NCBI GenBank assembly: GCA_963745035.1
Contig: CAVUVW010000013.1
Coordinates: forward strand, 832,001 to 896,000
Direction of reading: 5' to 3'
Source: an uncultured delta proteobacterium
GTDB lineage: Bacteria > Desulfobacterota > Binatia > UBA9968
DNA length: 64,000 bases
A program made the translations under genes and the position numbers. Under the pieces are notes generated by a model. It made no database searches and was not told the DNA's origin. It was given only the letters and a program-made list of their open reading frames with translations. Below, piece by piece: positions 10,291 to 20,487 of the stretch (position 1 is the stretch's first letter; each line of letters begins with the position of its first letter).

Positions 10291-11478
10291 CTATTGCCTG
10301 TATTCGATCACATCCAGCCCGCGCTCCTTGTCGGTCACCCACAACAAACCGCGGTCGTCTTTGAAAACGTCGTTGGTCAGCGGCGCCGCCACCCCGTCGC
10401 CCGGTTTTGGAATGAAGTAGCCGCACTCTTTGGGCTGCGCCGGATCGCTGATGTCGATAATGCGCAGTCCGCCGGCGAACCACGTAACGTAAAGTAGATT
10501 GTCCTCGTCGATTTTCTCGCGCAGTTGGTGCGTGCCGAAACGGACCTTGTTCGCGGGATAAGGCGTCGCGCTCTCCGGCAGGAAATAGGAATGGAGCAGC
10601 TGCGGCTTTTTCGGATCGGTCACGTCCCAGGTGCGCAGCGGCGCGTGCGGCTTGCCGGTGTCGGCGCCGCGCTGCGAGCGCTCTTCCTCGGTCGATACCG
10701 CGATCTGCCTGCCGCCGATCGGATGCGGCGCCTTAAGAAAGGTGTGGGTGGGCTCGGGACAGGGCGGGTCGTACTCGTAGCGCGACAAGGTGCGCGGTGC
10801 GCGGATGTCGCTCACGTCGATGATCGAGATACCCGACATCCAGCAGCCGGCGTACATTTCGGCGCCGCAGCGCATCGCGTGGTGCAGGCGATGCTCGGCG
10901 CGCTTGGGATGCGGCGCGGCGCCGCCCGCCACGTTCTGCTGCTCCATCGACCAGCGCGAAACCTCCACGGGTTTCGCTGGATTGCGGATATCGTAGATAA
11001 CCAGAATGTTGCCGACGAAGCCCTCCGCCTCGGTCGAGATATAGGCGTAGTTCTCGTCGACGTCAAAGCGATGGACGCCCTTGCCGTGGGTCTTTACGAA
11101 AGTCATGAGCTTGGGCCTGGTCCGGTCTTTGACGTCGTAGATGCGGAAGCCGCCGTCGGGATATTCCTCGCGCCGGCCGTGGCCGCGCTCGAACTCCGAA
11201 TTGACGAACAAAAGATCGCCAACGATCCGCGCCTTGTGCGAATGCGACGACGGGTGGCCGGGCTCGATCGTGCTGATCACCTTCGGCTTGCGCGGATCGG
11301 CAACGTCGAGGATCGTTGTTCCCTGCGGCCGGTGTTGATGTCCGATGTAGGCGTAGTTGCCGTCGATGACGATCTGCCCTCCTCCGGCAAGCTCCATCCT
11401 GCAGAGATGGCGAATGTTCGACGAACCGCGCGGTGCCGTGCCGCTAACGCTCTCAATGCCAGGCAAAACTCCACTCAT
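10291..11478 (-). CDS. LVIVD-repeat (beta-propeller) protein
   Basis: Repeated ILDVADP, IYDVKD, IYDIRNP, IIDVSD, WDVTDP and IIDISDP units; His-rich; GGAGG upstream of MSGVLP. Confidence 0.82.
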   Translation of the reverse strand: MSGVLPGIESVSGTAPRGSSNIRHLCRMELAGGGQIVIDGNYAYIGHQHRPQGTTILDVADPRKPKVISTIEPGHPSSHSHKARIVGDLLFVNSEFERGHGRREEYPDGGFRIYDVKDRTRPKLMTFVKTHGKGVHRFDVDENYAYISTEAEGFVGNILVIYDIRNPAKPVEVSRWSMEQQNVAGGAAPHPKRAEHRLHHAMRCGAEMYAGCWMSGISIIDVSDIRAPRTLSRYEYDPPCPEPTHTFLKAPHPIGGRQIAVSTEEERSQRGADTGKPHAPLRTWDVTDPKKPQLLHSYFLPESATPYPANKVRFGTHQLREKIDEDNLLYVTWFAGGLRIIDISDPAQPKECGYFIPKPGDGVAAPLTNDVFKDDRGLLWVTDKERGLDVIEYRQ

Positions 11479-11536
11479 ATCGCCCTCCCGATTTGTTCTT
11501 TCGTTGAAATCCAAAGCTCTTCGATCTAAGGCCGGC

Positions 11537-11935
11537 TTAGTTTCTCTCGCGCGGATACTGCGGGAGCCGGTCGTTCAAAGCAATCCAGGAAAGGCGGTTT
11601 TCCGTCCAGGTATGATCCTCCGGCTTGAGCACTTCCGGATCATCCATACTGCCCAAGGTCACGTCGATCGACCCGGGCACATCAGCGCGCTGGTAGGTCA
11701 GCGCAGTCCCACACGTCGCGCAGAAAGCGCGGAGAACGTCGGGCGATGACGCGTGGGATGCCGGCTGACCCTGGGTGAATGCGAATTTGTCGCGGTCGAA
11801 TCCCGCCCAGGTGACGAAGGGCGCGCCGCTCGCGCGCCGGCACGTCCGGCAGTGGCAATGGGTGATCCCGTACGCCGAGCCTGACGCGCGGTAACGGATC
11901 GCGCCGCAAAGACAGCCTCCTTCGATCGCGTCCAT
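11537..11935 (-). CDS. GFA family protein
   Basis: GGCLCGAIRY...CHCRTCRR...FCATCGT. Confidence 0.9.
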   Translation of the reverse strand: MDAIEGGCLCGAIRYRASGSAYGITHCHCRTCRRASGAPFVTWAGFDRDKFAFTQGQPASHASSPDVLRAFCATCGTALTYQRADVPGSIDVTLGSMDDPEVLKPEDHTWTENRLSWIALNDRLPQYPRERN

Positions 11936-12014
11936 GGACTTCTCCTTTAGTTGAAATCCCGTCGGGCGTCCTGAGTCGAAGGACTCCGAGAACGTCTTTC
12001 AGCACCCTAAGCGT

Positions 12015-14102
12015 CTAGTTGGTGCGAGCAATGCCGAGCTTTTTCATTTTCGACTGCAGCGTGGTGCGCTTCATGCCGAGCTTGATGGCGGCGCCGTCCG
12101 GACCGCCGATAATCCAATTGGTCTCGCTGAGGGCGCGCATGATGTGCTCGCGCTCCGCGTATTCGAGAGTGCCGACGCCGTCTCCGCCGATGATCGCGGC
12201 AGGCTTGCTGCGCGCCTTGAGCTCGACCAAAGGAAGCTGCAGCTCGGCGCCGCGCGACAGGATCACCGCGCGCTCGATGAAATTTTCCAGTTCGCGCACG
12301 TTGCCCGGCCACGAGTAGTCCGTTAGCGCGGCCATTGCCTTGGCCGGAATCCGGTCGATCGGCCGCTTCATGCGGCGCGCGTACTTCTGCGTGAAATAGC
12401 GAACCAGCAACGGAATATCCTCCCGCCGCTGGCGCAAAGGCGGAATCACGATGGGAAACACGTTGAGCCGGTAATACAGGTCCGTGCGGAATTGGTTGTC
12501 CGCCACCTTCTGGACGAGATCCGAGTTGGTAGCGGCCACCAGGCGCACGTCGACGCGAATCGTGCGCGCGCTGCCGAGACGCTCGAACTCCTGTTCCTGA
12601 AGGACGCGCAGCAGCTTGGGCTGGAGCTCGAGCGGAATGTCGCCGACCTCGTCGAGAAACAGTGTGCCGCGATGCGCCAGCTCGAACCGGCCGACCCGTT
12701 GCCCGATAGCGCCGGTGAATGCGCCCTTCTCATGGCCGAAGAGCTCGCTTTCCAGCAGTCCGGTGGGAATCGCCGCGCAGTTGACTTTGACCAGCGTCCG
12801 CTCGCGCCGGCCGCTCAGGTTGTGAATGGCGCGCGCGATGAGCTCCTTGCCCGTGCCGGTCTCGCCCAGAATGAGAATCGTCGAGTCCGTCGGCGCCACG
12901 GTTTCGAGCTGCCGCAGGATTTCCCTGAGCACCGCGCTTTCGCCGATGATCTCCTCGAAGTTGTATTCAGTGCGAATCTCGTCCTGGAGATAGAGCTTTT
13001 CCTCGCTCAGTTTGTTGGCGCGGTCGACCACCTTGCGGAAAGCGAGCGAGTTCTCCACGGCGATGGCGATCTGGTTGGCGATATGCTGCAGCAGCTCGGC
13101 GTCTTTCTCCGGGAAGTTCTCATCGGTCTTGCTCGCGACGACCAGCGTGCCCAGCGGCCGGCCATGAGAAATCAAAGGCAGGCAATAAGCGGACTTGAGC
13201 CCCTCGGCTAAAATGCGCCGGGCGATATCGGAACCGAACTGCTCGACATCGGCGGCAGTGATGAGAACCGGCTGGCGCGTTTCGATGGCTCGGCCGGTGG
13301 GCGACCCTGCAACCGGAATCACCAGCCCTTCTTGGAGCAATCCCTTGCTCACCGGGAAATCGAGAGCGTGAATCTGCAAGGTGCGGGTTTCCGCGTCGTA
13401 GAGCGAAAGACTCGCATACTCGTGGGCGACCAGGCGGCGCAACGATCGCGACACCGCGTTCAGCAGCTCGTGCAAGTCGAGCACCGAGACCACGGCGTTG
13501 TTGACCTCGAGTAAAATACTCAAGCGGTCGCGCTCCGCCTTGAGCTGCTCCTGCACCGACTGCGCCTGCTCGAAGTGGAGCGCGTTGTCCACTGCCACGG
13601 CGACCAGGCGCGCCACCTGTTGCAGGAAGGTCACGTCCGTTTCCGAGTAGGCGTCGCGGTTCCTGCTGCCAAAGGCCATGGCGCCGAGATTTCTGAGCGC
13701 CGTCGAAGCAGGGATGACGCAGAGCGACTCGACCCCGCGATCGCAGAGCCAACGGGAGAGATCCGGGAATTGGGTATCGGCGGCGAGATGGGACACGACC
13801 CAAGGCTGCTGCGTCTCATAAACCCAACCGCCGGGAGTCTCCATCGGACATTCGCCGGCGGGGCAAGCATAGGACGGATCGGGCGTCTCCAGGACATGAG
13901 ACTTCATCACATTACGAGAGGGATCGTAAAGAATCAGATTAGCAAAATCGAACTGCACGACGCTGTGCAACCGGCGCGCCAGCTCGGCGAACAGCCGGTC
14001 GAGCTCGCGGTGCGACGCAATCGCCTCGGAAATCGCCAGCAGCGCCTCGTAGCGGCCGTGCAGAGGAGCGAGTGCTTGCAAATTCATGTCGTTGTCCTTC
14101 AA
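12015..14102 (-). CDS. FhlA-like sigma54-dependent activator (2 GAF + AAA+ + Fis HTH)
   Basis: [40 protein letters not shown]; C-terminal [21 protein letters not shown]. Confidence 0.93.
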   Translation of the reverse strand: MKDNDMNLQALAPLHGRYEALLAISEAIASHRELDRLFAELARRLHSVVQFDFANLILYDPSRNVMKSHVLETPDPSYACPAGECPMETPGGWVYETQQPWVVSHLAADTQFPDLSRWLCDRGVESLCVIPASTALRNLGAMAFGSRNRDAYSETDVTFLQQVARLVAVAVDNALHFEQAQSVQEQLKAERDRLSILLEVNNAVVSVLDLHELLNAVSRSLRRLVAHEYASLSLYDAETRTLQIHALDFPVSKGLLQEGLVIPVAGSPTGRAIETRQPVLITAADVEQFGSDIARRILAEGLKSAYCLPLISHGRPLGTLVVASKTDENFPEKDAELLQHIANQIAIAVENSLAFRKVVDRANKLSEEKLYLQDEIRTEYNFEEIIGESAVLREILRQLETVAPTDSTILILGETGTGKELIARAIHNLSGRRERTLVKVNCAAIPTGLLESELFGHEKGAFTGAIGQRVGRFELAHRGTLFLDEVGDIPLELQPKLLRVLQEQEFERLGSARTIRVDVRLVAATNSDLVQKVADNQFRTDLYYRLNVFPIVIPPLRQRREDIPLLVRYFTQKYARRMKRPIDRIPAKAMAALTDYSWPGNVRELENFIERAVILSRGAELQLPLVELKARSKPAAIIGGDGVGTLEYAEREHIMRALSETNWIIGGPDGAAIKLGMKRTTLQSKMKKLGIARTN

Positions 14103-14371
14103 GCACCCAAAATATCCGGCAGGTCGCGGCGGATCAAGTGGGAAAATTCATCGGATCGTAACCGGCGGATGAAAAAAAATCTGGATCTTGTAACGCCCTA
14201 GTTGTACCATCCGAACTGCGACTTTGCTAATCCGTTTTCGCATCTCGATCTAACAACATTTGGTTCGGTATGGGGCCCTTGTTAATTATTCGCCCGGTGG
14301 ACGGACAGATTTAACGATCTTTCTTTCCCGCAGCCCGCCTCCATTTTTCGCAAGCGTCGCAGGCCGGTATT

Positions 14372-15506
14372 GTGATCCGAATTTGGCGAATGCTGATTCT
14401 CGCCTTCTGTCTCTGCCCCCTCTCGGCGTGGGCCGAAGAGGAGCCTGAGATCGAGGCGCCGACCGACGTGCCGGCCAGCGTCGATCTCTATCCGTTTTCG
14501 TTTTCACGCGTCGACGGCGTGATGCGCGATTTCAATCGGCCGTCGAAAACAACTTTTGCCTTGCAGTTCGGCCCCAAACTGCTGGAGTTGCGCGCCAGCT
14601 ACTGGGAAAAGCGCCAGGATGGGAGCCTTTCGGTCGGGAACTCAGACGATCCCAACGCAAGCAGATGGGGCAGATACTTCGATCTCTTCGCCGTGATCCT
14701 CTCAATTCGACGGCAAGTTGGTCGGCGAGAGCGAGATCGCTTACAGCACTTTGGGATTTTCGCCGCTCGCCGAGCAGCAGCCGCTGATGGCACGGCTCGG
14801 CGTCAATGGAAAGTGGGGGAAAGCTGGCTATGGGCTGTCGTACCGGTCGTTCGGCCAGGGATTTGTTCCGTTGGCCGGCGCGCGAGTCGAGCATGATCGC
14901 GACGAGAGCCAGTTTTGGGGTGAATACGATTTTGGCCTTTTCCGCTTGCGCGGCGCCGCCGGCGAAACCTTTGAGAAGGATTCGTTTACACAACAACTGA
15001 CCCTCACCAGAACCGCCGCCACCTCATTCCAGGTCAACAAACCTTCCTGGAGTGTGCTGCTCTCCTCCAGCTATTCGTCGATCGGGCGCACCCAGCCAGT
15101 GAGCGCGAAGAGCCTTGCGGTCGCCAACGGCCTAGCGCTGATTTACCGCCCCGTACATTTGCTGACCTTCGAGCCCAACGTAAATTTCAAACACGAATGG
15201 GAGCCCGGCGCGGGACTGAAAACCGACACGCCATCGGCCGGCTTTGTCTTAGCCTACACGCCGCTGCGCGAATTCCAACTGGTCGGGCGCGCATCTTTCA
15301 GCAAGAACGTGAGCGAAGACCCGCTGCGCGACGCGTCCATCGTTAGCACCACTGCCGGGCTGAACTGGAAGCTCGGCAAATCTTTTTTCGGCGAACAGTC
15401 GTTGTCGCTGCAAGTGGAATACAAAAACGAATCCAGACCGACCCTGCCGGAAAACCAGCAGACCCATCTCACCGGAACGGTGCAGTTCAAAATCGCCGGT
15501 TTCTAG
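14372..15506 (+). CDS. Exported protein, probable outer-membrane beta-barrel (indel near 14700)
   Basis: Signal peptide ending LSAWA; amphipathic aromatic beta strands; C-terminal Phe (VQFKIAGF); two consecutive ORFs join. Confidence 0.55.
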
Positions 15507-15686
15507 AAAGACCCCCGCCCGCTACGCCTTGCGTGAAGCACGTGCCTCGCGGGAGCTCATCCGCGTGCGATCAACTAAGTTCGTTCACCGCGATTGTGCC
15601 CGAGTTTAAACGGGTGGAACTGAATGAACCCCTTTTCGGGTTTTTCGAAGGGGCGAAAGATTTCAACTCTATGAAACGGAAATGAA

Positions 15687-16083
15687 TCAAACCAAAAGAT
15701 CCATTCCATACTGCCGGAAGTGAGGATCGAAGCCGAACGCCGATCGAATCGCAAGACGCTCCATGACTGCGAAACTCGTGGCGTCTGTGTAAGAAAAAGT
15801 CTTGTCAGTGTACTTGCGGATGATTTCTTTTGCCTTCTCCTCGTCTCTCGGGTTGACCGGCTCTATCGGCCAAACGTGAGCCATAAGCCAACGCCAAGCG
15901 ATATCCGCGCCCAAGCGGGACAACAACAACGCGTGCGACTCAGCGACGATAAAATTGGTTAGCAAGGGCGTCAGGCTCCGCCGATGAAGCGCGCGGTAGT
16001 ATCGCGACAGCTTTGCGATGGTAAGCATCGTCCGCATCCAAAAGCGCGTATATGGCGCTCGTGTCCACTAAGACTTGCGCCAT
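15687..16083 (-). CDS. vapC: VapC PIN-domain toxin (indel near 15997)
   Basis: True start MAQVLVDTSAIYALLDADDAYH in a different frame from the track ORF, then TNFIVAES, FSYTDATSFAVMER and FDPHF. Confidence 0.88.
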
Positions 16084-16337
16084 CTCTTCCGCTCCCCCTC
16101 CGCCAAGTAGCGGTCATGATGCGCAGACACGTCTTTTTTCCCGCCAGAACCTCCGCCCACTAGGTCCCAAATCGGATCTTGTGGTCCCAACGCTTTCGCG
16201 TGGACGACCTTACTCAATTTCAGATATTCTCCTTCGCTGTCCACCACCAGGTAATCGTCCTTGCCGATACCCAGCTGCTGACGCAAGCTTACCGGGAGAG
16301 TGATCTGACCCTTTTCAGTAACCTTGACGATTGGCAT
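16068..16337 (-). CDS. AbrB/SpoVT-type antitoxin (VapB-like)
   Basis: VKVTEKGQITLPVSLRQQLGI; C-terminal DVSAHHDRYL; overlaps the vapC start. Confidence 0.88.
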   Translation of the reverse strand: MPIVKVTEKGQITLPVSLRQQLGIGKDDYLVVDSEGEYLKLSKVVHAKALGPQDPIWDLVGGGSGGKKDVSAHHDRYLAEGERKRWRKS

Positions 16338-16349
16338 ATCTGGCTCCTT

Positions 16350-16379
16350 GTAAGAAATTCCTACCTAAGGTGTACCTTA
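16350..16379. promoter_or_regulatory. Tandem palindromic operator of the vapBC module
   Basis: gtaagaaattcctac (16350-16364) and taaggtgtacctta (16366-16379), immediately upstream of the antitoxin RBS. Confidence 0.55.
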
Positions 16380-16441
16380 CGTCCATTCAGGTCAAGGCAT
16401 TTCGAAGAGCAGCCACGATTAACCGCGTTCCGAACCTAGAG

Positions 16442-16960
16442 TCAGAGACTCAACTTCTTGAGCGCCTCTTCCAACTGCGCGAGCGCTTCTTTCTCCAGAG
16501 CCGCAGCGGCCTTGGCGTCTTTCAGGCTGGCTTTCGCCGTCTCGCCGATCTTGTCCAACTGTTCTTTCAGCTCGGGCGTTTGAGCGGCGAAATCTCGTAG
16601 CTCGCGATTTTTGAGCGCTTCGAGGGTGGCGTTCACTACCGACTCGCTCGTGTCCACGGAGCGGCCGATGACGTCGGCGGATTCTTTGACGGCGATCTTC
16701 AGATGATCGTCCAGTTCGGCGCCGACTCCTGCGGTCTGCGGCGCGCGCACGGCAGGATTGTCGGGCAAGTCGGGGATGACGATGATCGTTCCGGGCGGAA
16801 CTTTAGAGAGATCCTTGAGGTGGGGATTGGCCGCAAGCAGGGCCGCGGTAGTGCGCTTGGTGGTTTCAGCCGTGCCCTGCCCTTTGATTTCGAAAATGCG
16901 AGTGGTCAAATCCGCCGCGCTGGTTTCGCCTTTGGATACTGCGAATCTCATAACCTCCAA
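16442..16960 (-). CDS. Last eCIS gene: LysM-like domain + helical/coiled-coil C-terminus
   Basis: ALLAANPHLKDLSKVPPGTIIVIPD resembles the LysM C-terminal signature; Ala/Glu/Lys-rich tail. Confidence 0.55.
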   Translation of the reverse strand: MEVMRFAVSKGETSAADLTTRIFEIKGQGTAETTKRTTAALLAANPHLKDLSKVPPGTIIVIPDLPDNPAVRAPQTAGVGAELDDHLKIAVKESADVIGRSVDTSESVVNATLEALKNRELRDFAAQTPELKEQLDKIGETAKASLKDAKAAAALEKEALAQLEEALKKLSL

Positions 16961-17016
16961 CCTTTCTTCAGCCGGCCGACGACTGCTCGAACCGTGCCTC
17001 CGAGTTCTCTCATTTA

Positions 17017-17090
17017 GTCATTCCGGCGCACGCCGGAATCCAGGCGATTCTTCGACCCGAGCCTGGATGCCGGTCTTCACCGGCATGACG
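17017..17090. repeat. CGTC/GTCAT-type REP-like hairpin
   Basis: gtcattccggcgcacgccggaatccagg...cctggatgccggtcttcaccggcatgacg. Confidence 0.7.
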
Positions 17091-17151
17091 AATTCTCGCC
17101 CCGAAAATCTTTCGATGCAACCGTGCTTGTTTCAACTCCCGGCCGAAAAAC

Positions 17152-20100
17152 TCACGCCCCCTGCACGTTCAAAGGCGCCCACGGCGCGGCCAGCACCGCT
17201 CCGTTGATCTCGATCGCGTTGGTCGTGATGTTGCCGAGCACAGTAAACGGTCCGCGGTCCGGCAGCTTGAGCGCCACGGTGGTTCTCCCCTGCGTGCCTT
17301 GCACCTGGTTCGAGCTCACGATCGCGCTCGCCGCCGCGCTTTGAATCGTCGGCTGCTCTCGGCCGCGCAGCAAGCAGCGATTGTCGCTGATCGCGCAGGC
17401 GCCGGTCACCGCGATCATCACGGCTTCGGCGACGCCGTAGGCTTCGAACCGATTGTTGCGCAGGGTAACCGACTCGCGCCCCGCCGCGCGCGCCACCAGA
17501 CGCCCAGGAGAAAGTAAGAAGGCCATGTTGCTCCGCGCCGCGAAAAAGGTCGTGATCCCGCGCAGGCGCGGCGGCGCCGCCTGGGCGCCGGAAATCAACA
17601 CGGCGTACCATTCGGCGCTGTCGATCGTCTGGCTGACCGCCGCGCTCCGGCGCACGGTGTTGCCGCTCACGTCCAGCTCTTCGAATACGCCGATGCTTTC
17701 AACGCCAGCGGAGGTCTGGGCGCTGCCTTCGGCCGGGCCGATATCGACGATTTCGTTGCCGGCGACCCGCACCTCGCTGGAAGCGGCGAGTTGCACACCG
17801 ACGCAGCGATGGGTCGGCGCCTGCAAGCCGACACCGGAAATCGTGTTGTTCACCACTTCGCCGCGCGCGGCGTCGAACAGGCGCACACCGACTACCGGGA
17901 CGATCTCGTTGTCCGGCCGCGGCCGGATGTTAGCGATCCGGTTGTTTTCGACGGTGATCACCTGCGCCGAACTCTTATCGCCCATCACGATTCCGCCGCC
18001 CACAGCGCCGTCGATGAAGTTGTTCTTGATCATCGCCGACTTGACGATGGTTTCCATGACGATGCCGATACCCGCGGCATTGGTGACGCGATTGGCGATC
18101 ACGTGGCACTGATCGATGCCGGTCGTGTCCATTCCTGTAGTGAGCACGATGGCGTCGTTGCCGGTTCCTTGATCGCTGAAGCTGATGCTGTTTGCGCTAA
18201 CACGCGTGCCGCTGGTGCCAATCACGATGCCCCGACCGCCGGCGCGGAGCTCATTGCCGTGCACATCGAGACTCGATCCGGCGAGCACAAATCCGGTGGC
18301 AACGATGCCGCCTTGGGCGCTGTCGTTGATGAAATTTCCCGCGATGCGGGTTTCAAGGGCATGCAAACTCACGCCGACGAAACTGACGCCGCGCCGGCTG
18401 CAGAGCAGCATGTTGTCTTCGATCGTGAGCGCGAGAGTTCCTAACGGCGCCTGCTGCGCGGCGAGCACTGCGCCAGTGGCGGCCCTCACGGCGACGTTAC
18501 CGATGCCGACCGGCCCGAGCAGCGAATTTTCTCGGATCGTCGTGCCGACGAGAATGCCGCCGAGGCCGACGACTGCGCTGCTCGATCCGCTGACCCCGAT
18601 CCGCAGGCCGGCGCAGCGCTGCAACGTGACGCTGTTGCTGTTGGTGAAGAAAATTGCTGGCAGCGGATCACTCTCGACCGCCGCCGTGACCAGCATCAAT
18701 TTCTCAATCGTGACGCCGGTGGAATCGCCGACGACGATCGCCGGGCCACGTCCCGCGTAGACGAGGTTGGTCTGCGCGCCTTGACCGCGCAGGGTCAGCG
18801 AGCGAGCGCCGCTTATGTTGATCGGCACCGGCGCCTCACCCAAGTTGTAAGTTCCGACGCCGAGACAGATCGTGCCGCCGCCGGCGGCCTTCACCTGCTC
18901 CACCGCCATTTGAATCGTCAGTGTGCCTTGATTGTGCGACTCGGCGCTGACGCACACCGTGCATTCGCAGCCCTCGCCGGCAACTTCCGGCGGCCAGAGG
19001 GTGCGGCAATCGGTCACCGAGTTGGGAAACGAAACCAAGCCGAGACGGCAAAAATGATGATGCACGCCGAGCGGCGGTGCTTCTTTCAGCTCTTCCACCG
19101 ACGCATCCGCGGTGCGCGCCGCAAAGTTCCAGTAGTCGCCAATTTTGTATTTGCCGCCCGCCGGCGTATTGAAAGTGATCTGCACGCCGTCTTCGAGCAC
19201 GATCGACATGCCCGCCGCCGGCACGGGAATCACCCCTTTGCTTCCCGGCGCATTGAGATCGACCAGCAAGTTGCCGTTGGTGTCGCGCACTTGGCCGCTC
19301 TGGTCCCAACGCCGCACCCGCGTGTGGCGGGCCGGATCGGTGTTGCCCTGCGCATCCGTGGCGAAAACGTTGGCGGGAATCGACGTCATCAAAGTCAAAA
19401 TGCGGTTGGCGTCATCCACGCTTTTGATCTGCGCCAGCACGCCTTGCGGCTGGGGGCTCACGCCCGGTTGGCGCGCGAACTCCAGCCAATCGTCGGTGAT
19501 CTCGATCCAGTCGCCGATTTTGAAATGCATGACCGAATCGCGTCCGACGCTTGCGACGGTGAGTTTGTCCAAGGCAGTGATCGCGGTGACACTCGTTGCC
19601 ACGGAAGCATTGTCGCGCGACCATTTGAATGTCGCGAGACCGTTGGTCCCGCCGTCATGGATCTCCACCCGATACAAACGGTTCTCCAAACCGCGATAGC
19701 CGCCGCTCGGCGGCAGCAGGCAGGGATCGGTGTTGGTCGGCACGCCGACGGCCTTGCTGCTGAGCCTGCCGTCCGAAGGCGCGATGAGACTGTTCCATGC
19801 TTCGAGAGGCGACCCGCAGGTCGCGCCCGAGCCGACGTTGGGGAGAATTTTTACCTGCCAGACGGTTTGCCAGCGTGCCGTCGTATCGACGCCCACCGCT
19901 TTTTCGACGAGGTCCGGATCTTCGAGAAACGTCACCTCGCGCTGCCAGACGTCGACGTAGACGAGATGCGGCCCGCCGGTCGTCGGCGCAGGCGCAACTA
20001 CACTCACATTGGGAAAATACGGCTGTTCGTTGTAAGGCACGGCCAGGGTACCGCGCTGCTCGGCGAGCACCGCATCGAACTCCACCGGCGCTCTGCCGTG

Positions 20101-20367
20101 ATTCTCCGCGAGCAAGCCGTCGACGTAAATCCGGCCGCGTCCGATGGTGAGGCCGCCGGCGGCGATTTGAATACGGAAACCATCGGGAGTTTCTTTCGGC
20201 ACGGTGCCTTTGCCGATGATGTCAACGGTCTCGGCGCGCCAGCGGCGATCGAGCAGCGCCGCGAGTTCGTTCCAATCGGAATCGAGCTGCACCCGCCCCT
20301 GCTGCATCAGCACCGCAGCAAAATCGTTCTTCGGATCGAACCGTACCCGGCTATAATCACCGCTCAT
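17152..20367 (-). CDS. DUF6519-domain protein with C-terminal right-handed beta-helix (putative eCIS fibre/baseplate appendage)
   Basis: MSGDYSRVRFDP...QQGRVQLDSDWNE, GRIYVDGLLAEN, GYRGLENRLYRVEIH, FKWSRDNAS; many IxxN ladder repeats after GGTICLGVGTY. Confidence 0.85.
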   Translation of the reverse strand: MSGDYSRVRFDPKNDFAAVLMQQGRVQLDSDWNELAALLDRRWRAETVDIIGKGTVPKETPDGFRIQIAAGGLTIGRGRIYVDGLLAENHGRAPVEFDAVLAEQRGTLAVPYNEQPYFPNVSVVAPAPTTGGPHLVYVDVWQREVTFLEDPDLVEKAVGVDTTARWQTVWQVKILPNVGSGATCGSPLEAWNSLIAPSDGRLSSKAVGVPTNTDPCLLPPSGGYRGLENRLYRVEIHDGGTNGLATFKWSRDNASVATSVTAITALDKLTVASVGRDSVMHFKIGDWIEITDDWLEFARQPGVSPQPQGVLAQIKSVDDANRILTLMTSIPANVFATDAQGNTDPARHTRVRRWDQSGQVRDTNGNLLVDLNAPGSKGVIPVPAAGMSIVLEDGVQITFNTPAGGKYKIGDYWNFAARTADASVEELKEAPPLGVHHHFCRLGLVSFPNSVTDCRTLWPPEVAGEGCECTVCVSAESHNQGTLTIQMAVEQVKAAGGGTICLGVGTYNLGEAPVPINISGARSLTLRGQGAQTNLVYAGRGPAIVVGDSTGVTIEKLMLVTAAVESDPLPAIFFTNSNSVTLQRCAGLRIGVSGSSSAVVGLGGILVGTTIRENSLLGPVGIGNVAVRAATGAVLAAQQAPLGTLALTIEDNMLLCSRRGVSFVGVSLHALETRIAGNFINDSAQGGIVATGFVLAGSSLDVHGNELRAGGRGIVIGTSGTRVSANSISFSDQGTGNDAIVLTTGMDTTGIDQCHVIANRVTNAAGIGIVMETIVKSAMIKNNFIDGAVGGGIVMGDKSSAQVITVENNRIANIRPRPDNEIVPVVGVRLFDAARGEVVNNTISGVGLQAPTHRCVGVQLAASSEVRVAGNEIVDIGPAEGSAQTSAGVESIGVFEELDVSGNTVRRSAAVSQTIDSAEWYAVLISGAQAAPPRLRGITTFFAARSNMAFLLSPGRLVARAAGRESVTLRNNRFEAYGVAEAVMIAVTGACAISDNRCLLRGREQPTIQSAAASAIVSSNQVQGTQGRTTVALKLPDRGPFTVLGNITTNAIEINGAVLAAPWAPLNVQGA

Positions 20368-20406
20368 GAGTGTCTCCCTGCTTGCTCGTTTAATGCAGGA
20401 ATCATC

Positions 20407-20478
20407 TCACCGCTGAGACGCTGAGGACACGGAGACAATAGTCTAAAACACTCTGCGACCTCTGTGCCTCTGCGGTGA
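20407..20478. repeat. REP-like inverted repeat (CACCGC.GAG...CTCTGCGGTG)
   Basis: tcaccgctgagacgctgagg...cctctgtgcctctgcggtga. Confidence 0.65.
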
Positions 20479-20487
20479 CATCTTCTC

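Noticed and set aside
18781-20424. Long plus-strand ORFs antisense to eCIS genes (also 36527..38428 and 40083..41363)
   Set aside because: Arg/Ala-rich shadow frames typical of high-GC DNA, with no motifs.
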